Notes: generated by a model not told the origin, from the sequence alone. A stretch of DNA of 64,000 nucleotides from Patescibacteria group bacterium (GCA_041659045.1 JBAZZB010000001.1:134111-198110), one strand, 5' to 3'; counted from the first letter of the stretch, positions 9,399-18,887 are shown. Made by a program: numbers and translations.

Positions 9399-9896
9399 TC
9401 AATCCACAAGAATCTCGGTGGACGGCAGTTTTGTTCGGATCGCTTCAAGGTCTTGTTGGGAAATTGCGTTGCCTCGGAGGTCGAGTCGGCGGAGGTTTTT
9501 GAGATTGCCGAGTTCGAGTGGGAGTCCCGTGAGTGCATTCTGCGAGAGATCGAGTGTCTGCAGAGATGCGAGCTGGCCGATTTCAGCCGGCACGCCGGTC
9601 ATGGCGTTGTCGCTGGCATCAAGAACGCGCAAGCGCTCTAGAAGGCGAATCTCGGCCGGTAGGGCCCCCGTCAGACGGTTCCCAGAGAGGTCGAGCTCCT
9701 CGAGATCGGTTTTGGAAAAAACAGACGAGGGGACTTTTTCGAGGGTGCTGTCAGACAGGTCGAGCCGCTTGGATGCGGCGGCGGCTGGCACGGAAGGTGT
9801 TGTTGTTTGGATTCCATTCGATGGCGCCGTTTCCGCGCAACCGGCTCCGAGCAGGACGATGGTGGCGAGAGCGATGATATTGCGGGTGTTCTTCAT
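9399..9896 (-). CDS. Leucine-rich-repeat lipoprotein
   Basis: LLGAGC lipobox, then LxxLxLSxNxLT.LP.E repeats. Confidence 0.92.
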   Translation of the reverse strand: MKNTRNIIALATIVLLGAGCAETAPSNGIQTTTPSVPAAAASKRLDLSDSTLEKVPSSVFSKTDLEELDLSGNRLTGALPAEIRLLERLRVLDASDNAMTGVPAEIGQLASLQTLDLSQNALTGLPLELGNLKNLRRLDLRGNAISQQDLEAIRTKLPSTEILVD

Positions 9897-10020
9897 AGTA
9901 CATTCACGCTACTCCTGGAATGAAAAACAGACCAGCGAATGGTCGGATGCCGAAACGAACGTTCTGTGTGGAGTCTCCACTGAAAAGAAAATCCCCACAT
10001 GTCTTGCATGTGGGGAAGCG

Positions 10021-10407
10021 TCACTTGTTGGTGACCGTGATCGTGATGGAGTTCGTGTTCGCACCAACCTCTCCTCCCACCTGCTTCTCGATGAATGCGC
10101 CATGCGCAAACCAGAGATAGAAGGCGACGAGCGGAACGACCCAGATGAGTGGTCTGCGTTTCCAGTCCTCTCCGTATTCGTAAAGAGTGAACATCGAGAT
10201 GAACAGCGACAGTGTGTGCCAGAAGAAGATCGTCGCGCCGATCCTGTCGACCCACGAGTGGTCGTTCATGAGCATGAGCGGCGGCCCGATCAGGGCGAAG
10301 GCTCCGAAAGCGTAGGCGGCTGCCTTCCAGCAACGCGCGAACAACAGCGGCAGGACGCCGATGGCGGCAAGACCGAGACCGAGCAGGATCAGGTGTACAA
10401 GGTGCAT
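10021..10407 (-). CDS. Hypothetical multi-pass membrane protein
   Basis: Four hydrophobic segments; SD CAGGAG; TTGACA-17-TACGTT upstream. Confidence 0.7.
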   Translation of the reverse strand: MHLVHLILLGLGLAAIGVLPLLFARCWKAAAYAFGAFALIGPPLMLMNDHSWVDRIGATIFFWHTLSLFISMFTLYEYGEDWKRRPLIWVVPLVAFYLWFAHGAFIEKQVGGEVGANTNSITITVTNK

Positions 10408-10512
10408 GACGTTCTCCTGGAAATACCGCTTCGGATGGTCCGATGCGGGACGTGGAAACGTAGCAGGCATTGGAGGAAGTGTCAATGTGGGAACGGGGCT
10501 GTCGTTGCAACG

Positions 10513-10541
10513 AAAAAACATCCGTGGTGACGGATGTTTTT
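10513..10541 (-). terminator. Bidirectional intrinsic terminator next to the degenerate tRNA 3'-end copy
   Basis: AAAAAACATCCGT-GGTG-ACGGATGTTTTT. Confidence 0.85.
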
Positions 10542-10652
10542 CCATGGCTCACCAGCCCGGTCTGGAACCAAATTCCCTACGGAAAACCCGGGGATTTCGT
10601 GGGGGGCATCAGACCGTTTTGGATGTCTCGGTCGGACACGAATATGGATCGA

Positions 10653-11105
10653 TCAACAGTGGTAAAGATCGCAATAATCCGGCGCGCTATTTGCAGACCT
10701 CTCGGCATTCTCGATGTACTGTCTTAACCACTTTTGATTCGACGGATTTACCAACGGATCCTCGATGCGACTTTGAATAAAGATGATCGACCTCGGAATA
10801 ATGATGTAAAAAGCTATTGAGTAGCCCAGAAACAATAAGCCAAGGAGACGCAAAACGTCATCGATCAAGCTTTTTGCAATATGTTGAGCGATTTCAATTT
10901 TCCCGTGACCAACGCCGCCCCACTGATGCTGTGCGACAAGGCGCTTAGCCCATCTTTCACGATACAGAATGAGTACCGTGAAAAAACCACCGATATATCC
11001 TACAAATATGGATTCCAATATCCAGATCGCCAGACAGATGACCAGCAGTGTCGCCGCAACTAAACCAAATTGCGATTCTGGGAATTTACGAATTCTGTCG
11101 TTCAT
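10653..11105 (-). CDS. Hypothetical membrane protein (AT-rich, in islet)
   Basis: ORF with three hydrophobic segments and atypical composition. Confidence 0.55.
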   Translation of the reverse strand: MNDRIRKFPESQFGLVAATLLVICLAIWILESIFVGYIGGFFTVLILYRERWAKRLVAQHQWGGVGHGKIEIAQHIAKSLIDDVLRLLGLLFLGYSIAFYIIIPRSIIFIQSRIEDPLVNPSNQKWLRQYIENAERSANSAPDYCDLYHC

Positions 11106-11263
11106 ATGTACCGAATCAGGAAAAAAGTATTTCAACCGCGATCATTATATCAGTTATCCCTTCTCATAAATAGGATATTACGAATGCGAAAACCCCGGAC
11201 AGTTGACCGGGGTTTTCGTGGTGTGCCGGACCTCTCGGTCTCTCGAAAGGCGCTTGGCATGGC

Positions 11264-11518
11264 TCAACCCGCAAGCGTTTCTTTCAACATAGCACGCAGT
11301 GTACTCTTGCCTTTGCTAGTTTTGAAGTATTGCTCGCGCCGGAGTGCATCGTACTTATTCAGGTAGGCTTCATAAAAAATAAGTTGGATAGGCAAGCGAT
11401 ACTTTGTCGCCGCCACCTTGCCCGCCTTGTGAGCTTCTACACGTTTCCGCAGATCTTCTGAAAAGCCCGTGTAGAAACCGCTGTCTTTATGGCTTTGGAG
11501 TATGTAGGTGTAATACAT
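11264..11518 (-). CDS. Stand-alone GIY-YIG nuclease (UPF0213-like)
   Basis: YTYILQS...FYTGFSEDLRKRVEAH..G....TK.R.P..L.FYEAY....A..RE.YFK. Confidence 0.93.
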   Translation of the reverse strand: MYYTYILQSHKDSGFYTGFSEDLRKRVEAHKAGKVAATKYRLPIQLIFYEAYLNKYDALRREQYFKTSKGKSTLRAMLKETLAG

Positions 11519-11540
11519 CTTGCGCCTAGACATAACAAAA

Positions 11541-11682
11541 CACCCTTGCTTTATGCAAGGGTGCTCCGGGTTCACCAGTTGTGCATGACGCAGTCCTTGC
11601 ACCGTGCGGTGCAGGGCAAGCCCGGCGGCTCTCCCTGAACCATGCGGTTCAGGGCTGCGCCATGCACCGTACGGTGCATGGC
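11541..11682. repeat. Array of 22-bp palindromes (family B) between tRNA-Gln and the GIY-YIG gene
   Basis: 11595-11616 CCTTGCACCGTGCGGTGCAGGG; 11633-11654 CCCTGAACCATGCGGTTCAGGG; 11660-11681 CCATGCACCGTACGGTGCATGG; related hairpin 11541-11563. Confidence 0.88.
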
Positions 11683-11752
11683 TCGGGGACTTGGATTCGA
11701 ACCAAGATTCACGGCTTCAAAGGCCGCTGTCCTACCATTGGACGATCCCCGA
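11679..11752 (-). tRNA. tRNA-Gln (TTG)
   Basis: Acceptor TCGGGGA/TCCCCGA, anticodon arm GCGGC-CTTTGAA-GCCGT, TTCGAAT T-loop, GCCA end. Confidence 0.97.
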
Positions 11753-11794
11753 AGGCAGCCGCATCGTAGCGAATAAAAAGCCCTGACGCAAGAG

Positions 11795-12637
11795 TCAGGG
11801 ATTGATCGCGTGATACGCGCCGATGGCCAGGGCGTAGTCCGCGTTGGGCGGGAAGTAAGGAGTCTTGCCGATCTTTCGAAGCATTGCCTCGAGCGTTGCT
11901 CGGACGTAGTTCGACTTGTGTGGCATGGTACCAACGATGACGACGTCGCGGATGCCGCGGAACTCCGGGATCCGCTCGAAGAGAAGCAGTCGACTGGCGA
12001 GATCGGTCGCCAGGTGCTGGATGACGCTCTTCGCGCCGCGTATGAGCTTCGTGATGGGGTCGTCCGTGGTTTCTCTTGCCGCTTTGGCGAAGCTGGCGGC
12101 CACCCACTGTTCGTAGGGCGTGCCTCGCAGCGACGGCACGGCTTCTCCGAGCATGAGGTCGTACGATGGGATGTGTTCCTTGCCTTCGAGGAGACCGTCA
12201 ATGGCTTCTCCGGAGGCAATGTCCAGCATCTCAAGCAAGCCATCGATACTGCCAGCGCTGTAGGGACTGCCAACGGGGAAGTCGTAGCCTTCACCGTTCA
12301 CGACCGTGAACGACATGCCGGTGCCGATTCCCACCACGATATGTTTCGTCTCGAGAGGCTTCGTCGCGCAGATCATCTGGTGCTGGGCGCCACGCGCTTG
12401 AAGGCGCAGCTCAGCCTGAATCGGATCACCAGGCCAGACGTGGTGGCGGAACTTCTCGAAAGCCTCTCTTGAGCCGTTGCCGGCGATGCAGATATCTCTG
12501 ACGCCAAGGTGTTCAAGGACTGAGACCAGGCTCGACTGGCGGACCACTCGAGAAGAGAGGAAGCACTCGGCACCCCGCTCGTCGATCCAGTAGATCTTGT
12601 CGCAGGTCAAACCGCAATCAACGCCGGCTTTCTTCAT
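11795..12637 (-). CDS. Type II pantothenate kinase-like (CoaW/ASKHA fold)
   Basis: AGVDCGLT.DK, VGIGTGMSF, C-terminal YALAIGA match type II PanK motifs; SD AAGGAG. Confidence 0.7.
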   Translation of the reverse strand: MKKAGVDCGLTCDKIYWIDERGAECFLSSRVVRQSSLVSVLEHLGVRDICIAGNGSREAFEKFRHHVWPGDPIQAELRLQARGAQHQMICATKPLETKHIVVGIGTGMSFTVVNGEGYDFPVGSPYSAGSIDGLLEMLDIASGEAIDGLLEGKEHIPSYDLMLGEAVPSLRGTPYEQWVAASFAKAARETTDDPITKLIRGAKSVIQHLATDLASRLLLFERIPEFRGIRDVVIVGTMPHKSNYVRATLEAMLRKIGKTPYFPPNADYALAIGAYHAINP

Positions 12638-12716
12638 GGTTGACTCCTTTGTGAAAGGTCGGTGGCGATATGGTGCGGTATGCAATGAGTTTACGCAAGC
12701 GTGGTAAGATGCCGGT

Positions 12717-13748
12717 ATGACTGCAAGACCTGGTTTGTTTCTGCTTAAAAAGTCGCTCGTTATCGTCTGCGTTCTTGCGGCAAGTTTTTCGGCGTTTCCG
12801 ATCAAGGCCGAGGTGATTCGACCAATCATGTTTCCTGTTCAAGGCGAGGCCTACTACACGGACACGTTCAATGATGGTCGTAGTGGCGGCCGCTCGCATG
12901 AAGGGATCGATATCATGGCTGCCAAGATGACGCCTGTTGTGGCTGTTATCGATGGCCGTATTCGCTGGCTCACGGAAACTGAAGCGTCCTATGGTTGGAT
13001 GGTGGTGATGGAAGATTCCGAAGGGTACGAATATTCCTATATCCATTTGAACAACGACACGCCTGGTACAGACGATGGCTTGGGGGGACGCGAGCGCGCG
13101 ATTGCTCCAGGTATCGAGGATGGTGCTTCTGTTACGAAAGGCCAGCTCATCGGCTGGGTTGGTGATTCTGGAAACGCTGAGAATACCGCGCCGCATTTGC
13201 ACTTTGAGATTGAGGAGCCCGGAGGTTTTGCGATCAATCCTTATTGGACACTGCTCGCCGCCGAGCGTCCGGGACGTTTTGATCCAGAAGCTGCGCGGCT
13301 TGTGAGCCCTGATATTAATACGGAGAAGCAGCTCACGGTTCGTCCTGAGGCGGAAGTGCATTGTCTCTCCGGATCGCTCATCAAGTCGACGGCGGCGAGC
13401 GCGGTGTATTTCTGTGGCGCTGACGCGAAGCGTTACGTGTTCCCGAATGACAAGACGTACTTCACCTGGTACGCGGATTTTTCTTCCGTGCTTACGTTGT
13501 CAGCGACCGAGCTTGCCGCGATTCCGATCGGCGGCAACGTGACGTATCGTCCGGGTGTGAAACTGCTCAAGATTCAAAGCGATCCGAAAGTCTATGCGGT
13601 CGATCGCCAAGGCACGTTGCGTTGGGTGACGACGGATACGCTTGCGAAGGCGATGTACGGCACCGCTTGGGCCAAGCAGGTTCACGATCTTTCGGACGCC
13701 TTCTTCATCAACTATAAGGTGGGCGACCCGATCACGAGCGCGGAATAG
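12717..13748 (+). CDS. M23 metallopeptidase with C-terminal lineage-typical surface domain
   Basis: Signal peptide, HEGIDI, YIHL, VGDSGNA...PHLHFEI; C-terminal GSLIK...AVYF...KRYVFPN domain. Confidence 0.92.
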   Translation: MTARPGLFLLKKSLVIVCVLAASFSAFPIKAEVIRPIMFPVQGEAYYTDTFNDGRSGGRSHEGIDIMAAKMTPVVAVIDGRIRWLTETEASYGWMVVMEDSEGYEYSYIHLNNDTPGTDDGLGGRERAIAPGIEDGASVTKGQLIGWVGDSGNAENTAPHLHFEIEEPGGFAINPYWTLLAAERPGRFDPEAARLVSPDINTEKQLTVRPEAEVHCLSGSLIKSTAASAVYFCGADAKRYVFPNDKTYFTWYADFSSVLTLSATELAAIPIGGNVTYRPGVKLLKIQSDPKVYAVDRQGTLRWVTTDTLAKAMYGTAWAKQVHDLSDAFFINYKVGDPITSAE

Positions 13749-13756
13749 ATCCTGTC

Positions 13757-14200
13757 ATGAATGCCTTCAGCATCATCGCCACCTTCTGCTTCTATAGCGT
13801 TTTTGGCTGGGTGCTCGATACGATCTGGCGCTCCATTCGCGGTTGGCGATATGTCCGAGGCGGATTCTCGAAATATCCGTTCAGTCCGATTTACGGCTTT
13901 GGTGCGCTTTTTGCGCTCGGCCTTGTCCCGCTTTTGGATACTCGACCGCTGTGGTTCCAATGGGCGTTCCTCGCGCTTTTTCTCGGGGCGTTCGAATATG
14001 TGAGCGGTGTACTGATCGTGAAGACACTGCACAAACGTCTCTGGAATTACACGGAGGAGCCGCTCGATGTCAAAGGTCACACGACGCCGTTCTACGCATT
14101 CGCTTGGGGAGGGCTTGCACTTCTTGTTATCTACGTCCTGCAGCCAATGCTTGAGGCCTCTTGTTCGACCTCCGTTCTCTGCGCGAAACTTCTGCAATAA
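13757..14200 (+). CDS. Putative ABC permease-like membrane protein (DUF1113 type)
   Basis: [25 protein letters not shown] motifs. Confidence 0.8.
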   Translation: MNAFSIIATFCFYSVFGWVLDTIWRSIRGWRYVRGGFSKYPFSPIYGFGALFALGLVPLLDTRPLWFQWAFLALFLGAFEYVSGVLIVKTLHKRLWNYTEEPLDVKGHTTPFYAFAWGGLALLVIYVLQPMLEASCSTSVLCAKLLQ

Positions 14201-14204
14201 TTTG

Positions 14205-14612
14205 ATGGCTATGCATGAAGAAAAAATCGTTCGATCCGAAGAGGAGTGGAAGAAGATGCTCACGCCCGAGGAATATCGCGTCTTGCGAGAGAAGGGAACC
14301 GAAACGCCGGGTTCAGGTGAGCTGTATCACAATACGGATCGCGGCACGTACATGTGTCGTGCGTGCGGCTCAGATCTTTTTAAATCCGACGCGAAGTATG
14401 ATTCCGGTTCCGGTTGGCCGAGCTTTTGGCAAGCCGTCGATCCCTCGAAGATCACGACGGACACTGACACGACGCACGGCATGCTGCGCAAGGAGATTCT
14501 CTGTGCGCGATGCGGTTCACACCTCGGCCACGTGTTCGATGACGGACCGAAAGAAACGACCGGCCAACGTTTCTGCGTGAACTCGATGTCTCTGAAGTTT
14601 AAAAAAGAATAA
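14205..14612 (+). CDS. msrB: Peptide-methionine (R)-S-oxide reductase
   Basis: [31 protein letters not shown]. Confidence 0.97.
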   Translation: MAMHEEKIVRSEEEWKKMLTPEEYRVLREKGTETPGSGELYHNTDRGTYMCRACGSDLFKSDAKYDSGSGWPSFWQAVDPSKITTDTDTTHGMLRKEILCARCGSHLGHVFDDGPKETTGQRFCVNSMSLKFKKE

Positions 14613-14616
14613 CCGT

Positions 14617-14922
14617 ATGCTCAAAGGTTTCATTGAATTCATTCGCGAGAAAGGCGTCGTCGGTTTGGCCGTCGGCTTCCTCATGGGTGGCGCGATCTCT
14701 AAGCTTGTGACGGCGTTTGTCGAAAACATTATTAATCCGCTGGTCGGCCTGCTTCTCGGCAAAGCTGGAAATTTGGCAGAAGCCTCGGTCGTGCTTGGCA
14801 CGGCAACGCTCAAATGGGGAGCGTTCGTCACAACGTTCATCGACTTTGTCATTATTTGCGCCGTGATCTATCTCGGCGTCAAAGTGCTTCGACTCGATCG
14901 CATTGATAAGAAAACAGTTTAA
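14617..14922 (+). CDS. mscL: Large-conductance mechanosensitive channel
   Basis: FIEFI...VVGLAVGFLMGGA...V...INPL, WGAF...FIDF. Confidence 0.9.
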   Translation: MLKGFIEFIREKGVVGLAVGFLMGGAISKLVTAFVENIINPLVGLLLGKAGNLAEASVVLGTATLKWGAFVTTFIDFVIICAVIYLGVKVLRLDRIDKKTV

Positions 14923-14927
14923 TACGT

Positions 14928-15329
14928 ATGGCTATGAGCAAGATCGTTCACGTCATCAAAGAAGTTTTAGAAAACGAAAACTTTCGGAAAGTGCTGTTTA
15001 CAGGCGAGAAGTCACAACTTGTTGCCATGAGCATTCCGCCCGGAGGTGAAATCGGCGAGGAGACGCACGACCACGTCGAGCAGACGTTGTATTTTCACGC
15101 GGGGGAGGGCGAGGCCGTCCTTAACGGGGAGTCCAGCCCGCTGCGCGCCGGCGACGTCCTGGTCGTTACGCCTGGAACGCGTCATAATGTGAAGTGTACG
15201 GGAGCCGAACCGCTCAAAATCGCCACTGTATACGCGCCGCCGAACCACATCGATGGTCGCATCCATGCTACGAAAGCCGATGCCGATCGCGATACCGAGG
15301 ATGAAGCCTTCGGTCATCACGTCGAATAA
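14928..15329 (+). CDS. Cupin domain protein
   Basis: IGEETH...EQ, PGTRHNV, TVYAPP.H. Confidence 0.9.
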   Translation: MAMSKIVHVIKEVLENENFRKVLFTGEKSQLVAMSIPPGGEIGEETHDHVEQTLYFHAGEGEAVLNGESSPLRAGDVLVVTPGTRHNVKCTGAEPLKIATVYAPPNHIDGRIHATKADADRDTEDEAFGHHVE

Positions 15330-15345
15330 TTCTTCGCTCTGTTGT

Positions 15346-15828
15346 ATGGGCATGCTTGAACGGTCCGATAAGAAAATCCTGGCGCTGCTTCGCGTCGCCT
15401 TGGGTTGGCTCTTTTTCTACGCGGGTTTCACGAAGCTGATCAACCCGACCTGGTCGGCAAAAGGGTATTTGCTCGGTGCAAAAACCTTCTCCGGGTTCTA
15501 TGCTTGGCTGACATCCGACAGCGTCATGCCGATCGTTGATTTCATGAACGAGTGGGGCCTAACGCTTCTCGGCGTTTCGCTGATTCTTGGTATTGCTGTG
15601 CGATTCTCGTCGGTACTCGGTTCGCTCATGATGGTGTTGTACTGGTTCCCGGTGCTGACCTTCCCGTACGTTGACCATGGGTACTTGGTTGATGATCACA
15701 TCGTCTACGCGCTGGCACTCTTGTATTTCGCCGCTGTCGGCGCCGGGCGCTACTACGGTTTGGGGGAGCGCTGCGCTCGCCTCCCGCTCTGCGCAAAATA
15801 TCCGAAACTTCGCGCCTGGCTCAACTGA
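15346..15828 (+). CDS. DoxX/DoxD family membrane protein
   Basis: LLRVALGWLFFYAGFTK, GRYYG. Confidence 0.85.
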   Translation: MGMLERSDKKILALLRVALGWLFFYAGFTKLINPTWSAKGYLLGAKTFSGFYAWLTSDSVMPIVDFMNEWGLTLLGVSLILGIAVRFSSVLGSLMMVLYWFPVLTFPYVDHGYLVDDHIVYALALLYFAAVGAGRYYGLGERCARLPLCAKYPKLRAWLN

Positions 15829-15888
15829 GAGAAGAAGTCGAAAAGAAAAAAGCGCCGACGGCGCTTTTTTCTGTTGTGTGATTGCTGA

Positions 15889-16275
15889 TCAGGACTTGAA
15901 CCATTCACTGCGGCTCTTTGGCCAGCCGAGGAGGAAGAGCAGCGCCAGCGGTGCGCCCCAGTTTGCCCAGCGTTCGACGAAATCCCACATTGGCATGCCG
16001 ACGATCGGACGAACGAGCGCTGTCCACGCGCCCCAGAAAGCGGCCCAGAGCAGAGCGGCTTTGATGGGTTTAAGAAGAACGATTGCCGCGATCAGGATGT
16101 CCATGATGCCGATCATGGTGAGGAGTGTGACGGCGGTCGTTGCATCGACGCCGGTCAGCTGCGAAATCCACTTGAGCCAATCCGCTTTGCCTTGCAGGGC
16201 GAATACGCCGTGGCCGATAAATTCGCCGGCGACTGCGACGCGCAACACGAGTTGCGCCCTCATGGAAGCGTCCAT
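15889..16275 (-). CDS. Conserved-looking hypothetical membrane protein (DoxX-like)
   Basis: LRVAVAGEFIGHG, WDFVERWANWGAPL. Confidence 0.65.
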   Translation of the reverse strand: MDASMRAQLVLRVAVAGEFIGHGVFALQGKADWLKWISQLTGVDATTAVTLLTMIGIMDILIAAIVLLKPIKAALLWAAFWGAWTALVRPIVGMPMWDFVERWANWGAPLALLFLLGWPKSRSEWFKS

Positions 16276-16327
16276 ACGTTTCAAAATTATGAATCTTTAA
16301 GAAAAGATCATGCTTACGACCATCGTA

Positions 16328-17020
16328 TCACGCGCGCACCTCGACAAGCAGGCCTGGTCTTGTGGCGCGGATCCGCTCGGCTACGGCTGCAAGGTCAAGA
16401 CCTGGCGCACGGGGCAAGTCTTTCGCAAGCGTTTTCTCATATCGCATTTCCTGTAAGGCGTACCGATCGCCAGATCCCAGAGATGAAGCGATTTTCACGA
16501 GGTCGTCTTCCGTATGGAGATGTGGGTAGACGGTCGTACGGAACTCGCAGGCAATTCCGGATGAGCGGATGACGCCCATTGTTTCAATGCAGTTGTCGGT
16601 CGCAACGCGGGCGGCGGGTCCTATGACTTCGCCATAGCGGCTCCAGACATGCTTGAGGTCCATCGCGAAGAAGTCCACGAGTTTCTCTTGTATGACGCGC
16701 TCGATCATGCGCGGATGCACGCCGTTCGTATCGAGCTTCGTCTCGAGTCCCATTGATTTGATCTCCGACAAAAACTCCGGCAAGTCCGGATGCACGGTTG
16801 GTTCTCCGCCTGTGACGACGACGCCGTCGAGAAACAGGCGGCGCTCAGCAAGGCGATCCAAAACCTCTTCCGTTTCCATCTCGTTCTTACCACGTGTCGG
16901 AAGAAGTTCCGGATTGTGGCAGTAGACGCAACGGAACGGACAACCCTGCGTGAAGACGATCGCCGCTACGCGACCGGGAAAATCAAGCAGGCTCAGTGGC
17001 TGCAATCCGGCGATGCGCAT
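16328..17020 (-). CDS. nrdG: Anaerobic RNR activating radical SAM enzyme
   Basis: SLLDFPG, GCPFRCVYCHNP, TGGEPT, KLDTNG, EFRTT; downstream of nrdD. Confidence 0.95.
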   Translation of the reverse strand: MRIAGLQPLSLLDFPGRVAAIVFTQGCPFRCVYCHNPELLPTRGKNEMETEEVLDRLAERRLFLDGVVVTGGEPTVHPDLPEFLSEIKSMGLETKLDTNGVHPRMIERVIQEKLVDFFAMDLKHVWSRYGEVIGPAARVATDNCIETMGVIRSSGIACEFRTTVYPHLHTEDDLVKIASSLGSGDRYALQEMRYEKTLAKDLPRAPGLDLAAVAERIRATRPGLLVEVRA

Positions 17021-18815
17021 ATGGAGTGGTCATGTTCGGAACTTCGTATTCTTTGCGCCCCACGTATTCGCTCTTCTTGCCGACGTTCCATTGGTCGACC
17101 GGACGGAAGTATCCAACGACACGCGACCAGACTTCGCAGCGTTCCTGGCAGGTCGGGCATTCCGGCTTTTCACCTTCGAGATAGCCGTGCGACGGACAAA
17201 TGCTAAAGGTCGGCGTGATCGTGAAGTAGGGGAGACGGTGGTTCTCGGCGACTTTTTTGACGAAGCGCGCGCAGGTTGTCCAATCGCGCACGCGCTCGCC
17301 GAGGAAAAGGTGGAGTACGGTACCACCCGTGTATTTAGACTGCAGCTCATCTTGATGTCCAAGCGCAGCAAGTGGATCGTCTGTGTGTCCAACGGGCAAG
17401 TGCGACGAGTTCGTGTAGTACGGCGCTTGCGGCGTTCCCGCTTGGATGATGTCGCTCCAGCGCTTCCGGTCTTCTTTGGCGAATCGGTAGGTTGTGCCTT
17501 CGGCCGGCGTCGCTTCTAAGTTGTAGAGGTGCCCTGTTTCTTCTTGATAGGCAACCAAACGATCACGCATGAACTCGAGCACCTCAAGCGAGAAAGCGCG
17601 GCCTTCTTCGGTGGCGATATCGGAACCGAGCAAGTTAAGACAGGCTTCATTCATGCCGTTCAAACCGATCGTCGAGAAATGGTTGCGTAGCGTGCCGAGA
17701 TATCTTTTGGTGAACGGTAGAAGACCGCGATCGATGTTGCGTTGCACGGTGACGCGCTTGATTTCGAGTGAATTTTTCGCCAGATCCATCAAGCGGCCAA
17801 GACGCGTAAAGAACGCGTCCTTCGATTTTGCGCGATAGCCGATTCTCGCCAAATTGATCGTGACGACGCCGACGGAGCCGGTCATTTCTGCCGAGCCGAA
17901 CAAGCCACCGCCACGAGCCTTCAGAGCGCGCAGGTCGAGCTGTAAGCGGCAACACATGCTGCGGACATCTTTGGGATCAAGCGCCGAGTTCAGGAAGTTT
18001 TGGAAGTAGGGGATGCCGTACTTGGCGGTCATTTCAAAGAGACGCTGCGCATTCTCCGACTCCCAGTCGAAGTCCTTGGTGATGTTGTAGGTCGGGATTG
18101 GGAAGGTGAAGACGCGTCCGCGTGCGTCGCCGGCGGTCATGACGTCGATGAAAGCGCGGTTGATCATGTCCATCTCCGGCTTGCAATCAGCGTAGGTGTA
18201 CGACTGATCTTTTTGCGCAATGCGCGGACGTTTTTCGAGAAGGTCTTCCGGTACCGTCCAATCGAGCGTGATGTTTGTGAAAGGCGTCTGCATGCCCCAG
18301 CGCGACGGAACGTTCAGATTGAAGACAAATTGTTGCACGGCCTGACGCACCTCATCGTAAGAGAGGTCGTCGTTTTTTACGTACGGAGCAAGAAGCGTGT
18401 CGAACGAGGAAAACGCCTGCGCGCCCGCCCACTCGTTCTGCAGTGTGCCAAGGAAGTTCACCATCTGTCCGAGCGCCGTTTCAAAATGCTTGGGAGGAGC
18501 GGACTCGACGCGGCCAGGTACTCCGTTGAATCCCTCTTCCAAAAGCTGACGCAGGCTCCAGCCGGCGCAGTAGCCCGCGAAGAGGTCGAGATCGTGAATA
18601 TGGAAATCGCCCTCAACATGCGCGCGACGCACGGCTGCCGGGTAGACGCGCTGCAGCCAATACTGGGCCGTCAGTTTGCCAGAAATATTCAGAATCATGC
18701 CGCCGAGCGAGTAGCCCTGGTTCGCGTTGGCATGCACGCGCCAGTCCGAACGGTCCAAATATTCTTCAATCGTCGAGATGGCGTCGATCTGGGAGGCGTT
18801 AGAGGTGGGCGACAT
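16983..18815 (-). CDS. nrdD: Class III ribonucleoside-triphosphate reductase lacking an ATP-cone
   Basis: HIHDL, YCAGW, SMCCRL, EATPAEG, CPSHG...CPTC, SRVVGY glycyl-radical loop. Confidence 0.96.
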   Translation of the reverse strand: MSPTSNASQIDAISTIEEYLDRSDWRVHANANQGYSLGGMILNISGKLTAQYWLQRVYPAAVRRAHVEGDFHIHDLDLFAGYCAGWSLRQLLEEGFNGVPGRVESAPPKHFETALGQMVNFLGTLQNEWAGAQAFSSFDTLLAPYVKNDDLSYDEVRQAVQQFVFNLNVPSRWGMQTPFTNITLDWTVPEDLLEKRPRIAQKDQSYTYADCKPEMDMINRAFIDVMTAGDARGRVFTFPIPTYNITKDFDWESENAQRLFEMTAKYGIPYFQNFLNSALDPKDVRSMCCRLQLDLRALKARGGGLFGSAEMTGSVGVVTINLARIGYRAKSKDAFFTRLGRLMDLAKNSLEIKRVTVQRNIDRGLLPFTKRYLGTLRNHFSTIGLNGMNEACLNLLGSDIATEEGRAFSLEVLEFMRDRLVAYQEETGHLYNLEATPAEGTTYRFAKEDRKRWSDIIQAGTPQAPYYTNSSHLPVGHTDDPLAALGHQDELQSKYTGGTVLHLFLGERVRDWTTCARFVKKVAENHRLPYFTITPTFSICPSHGYLEGEKPECPTCQERCEVWSRVVGYFRPVDQWNVGKKSEYVGRKEYEVPNMTTPYAHRRIAATEPA

Positions 18816-18834
18816 AGTATTGAAGGAGATGAAT

Positions 18835-18873
18835 AAAAAAAGCACGCGACGGGCGCGAGCTTCTAGAGCTTCT
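18835..18873 (-). promoter_or_regulatory. Tandem AGAAGCTC repeat overlapping a terminator-like hairpin upstream of nrdD
   Basis: Minus strand: AGAAGCTC-T-AGAAGCTC; stem GCTCGCG/CGCGTGC shares GCTC with repeat 2; T7 follows. Confidence 0.65.
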
Positions 18874-18887
18874 GCAGGGGACCGCTT

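Larger units (their letters stand above)
10543..11678 (-). mobile_element. Small genomic islet at the tRNA-Gln 3' end
   Basis: Bounded by tRNA 3' end and a degenerate copy at 10543-10575; interior is visibly AT-richer; no integrase. Confidence 0.6.

Noticed and set aside
11595-11682. Mini CRISPR array
   Set aside because: Spacers are only 16 and 5 nt, repeats differ by compensatory changes, and no cas genes are present
6200-11800. Similar hairpins CCTGACTCTTG near both tRNA loci
   Set aside because: Short match between ordinary terminators; insufficient for a repeat family
16983-17020. 38-nt nrdD/nrdG overlap as a recoding signal
   Set aside because: No slippery sequence; simple C-terminal extension of nrdD
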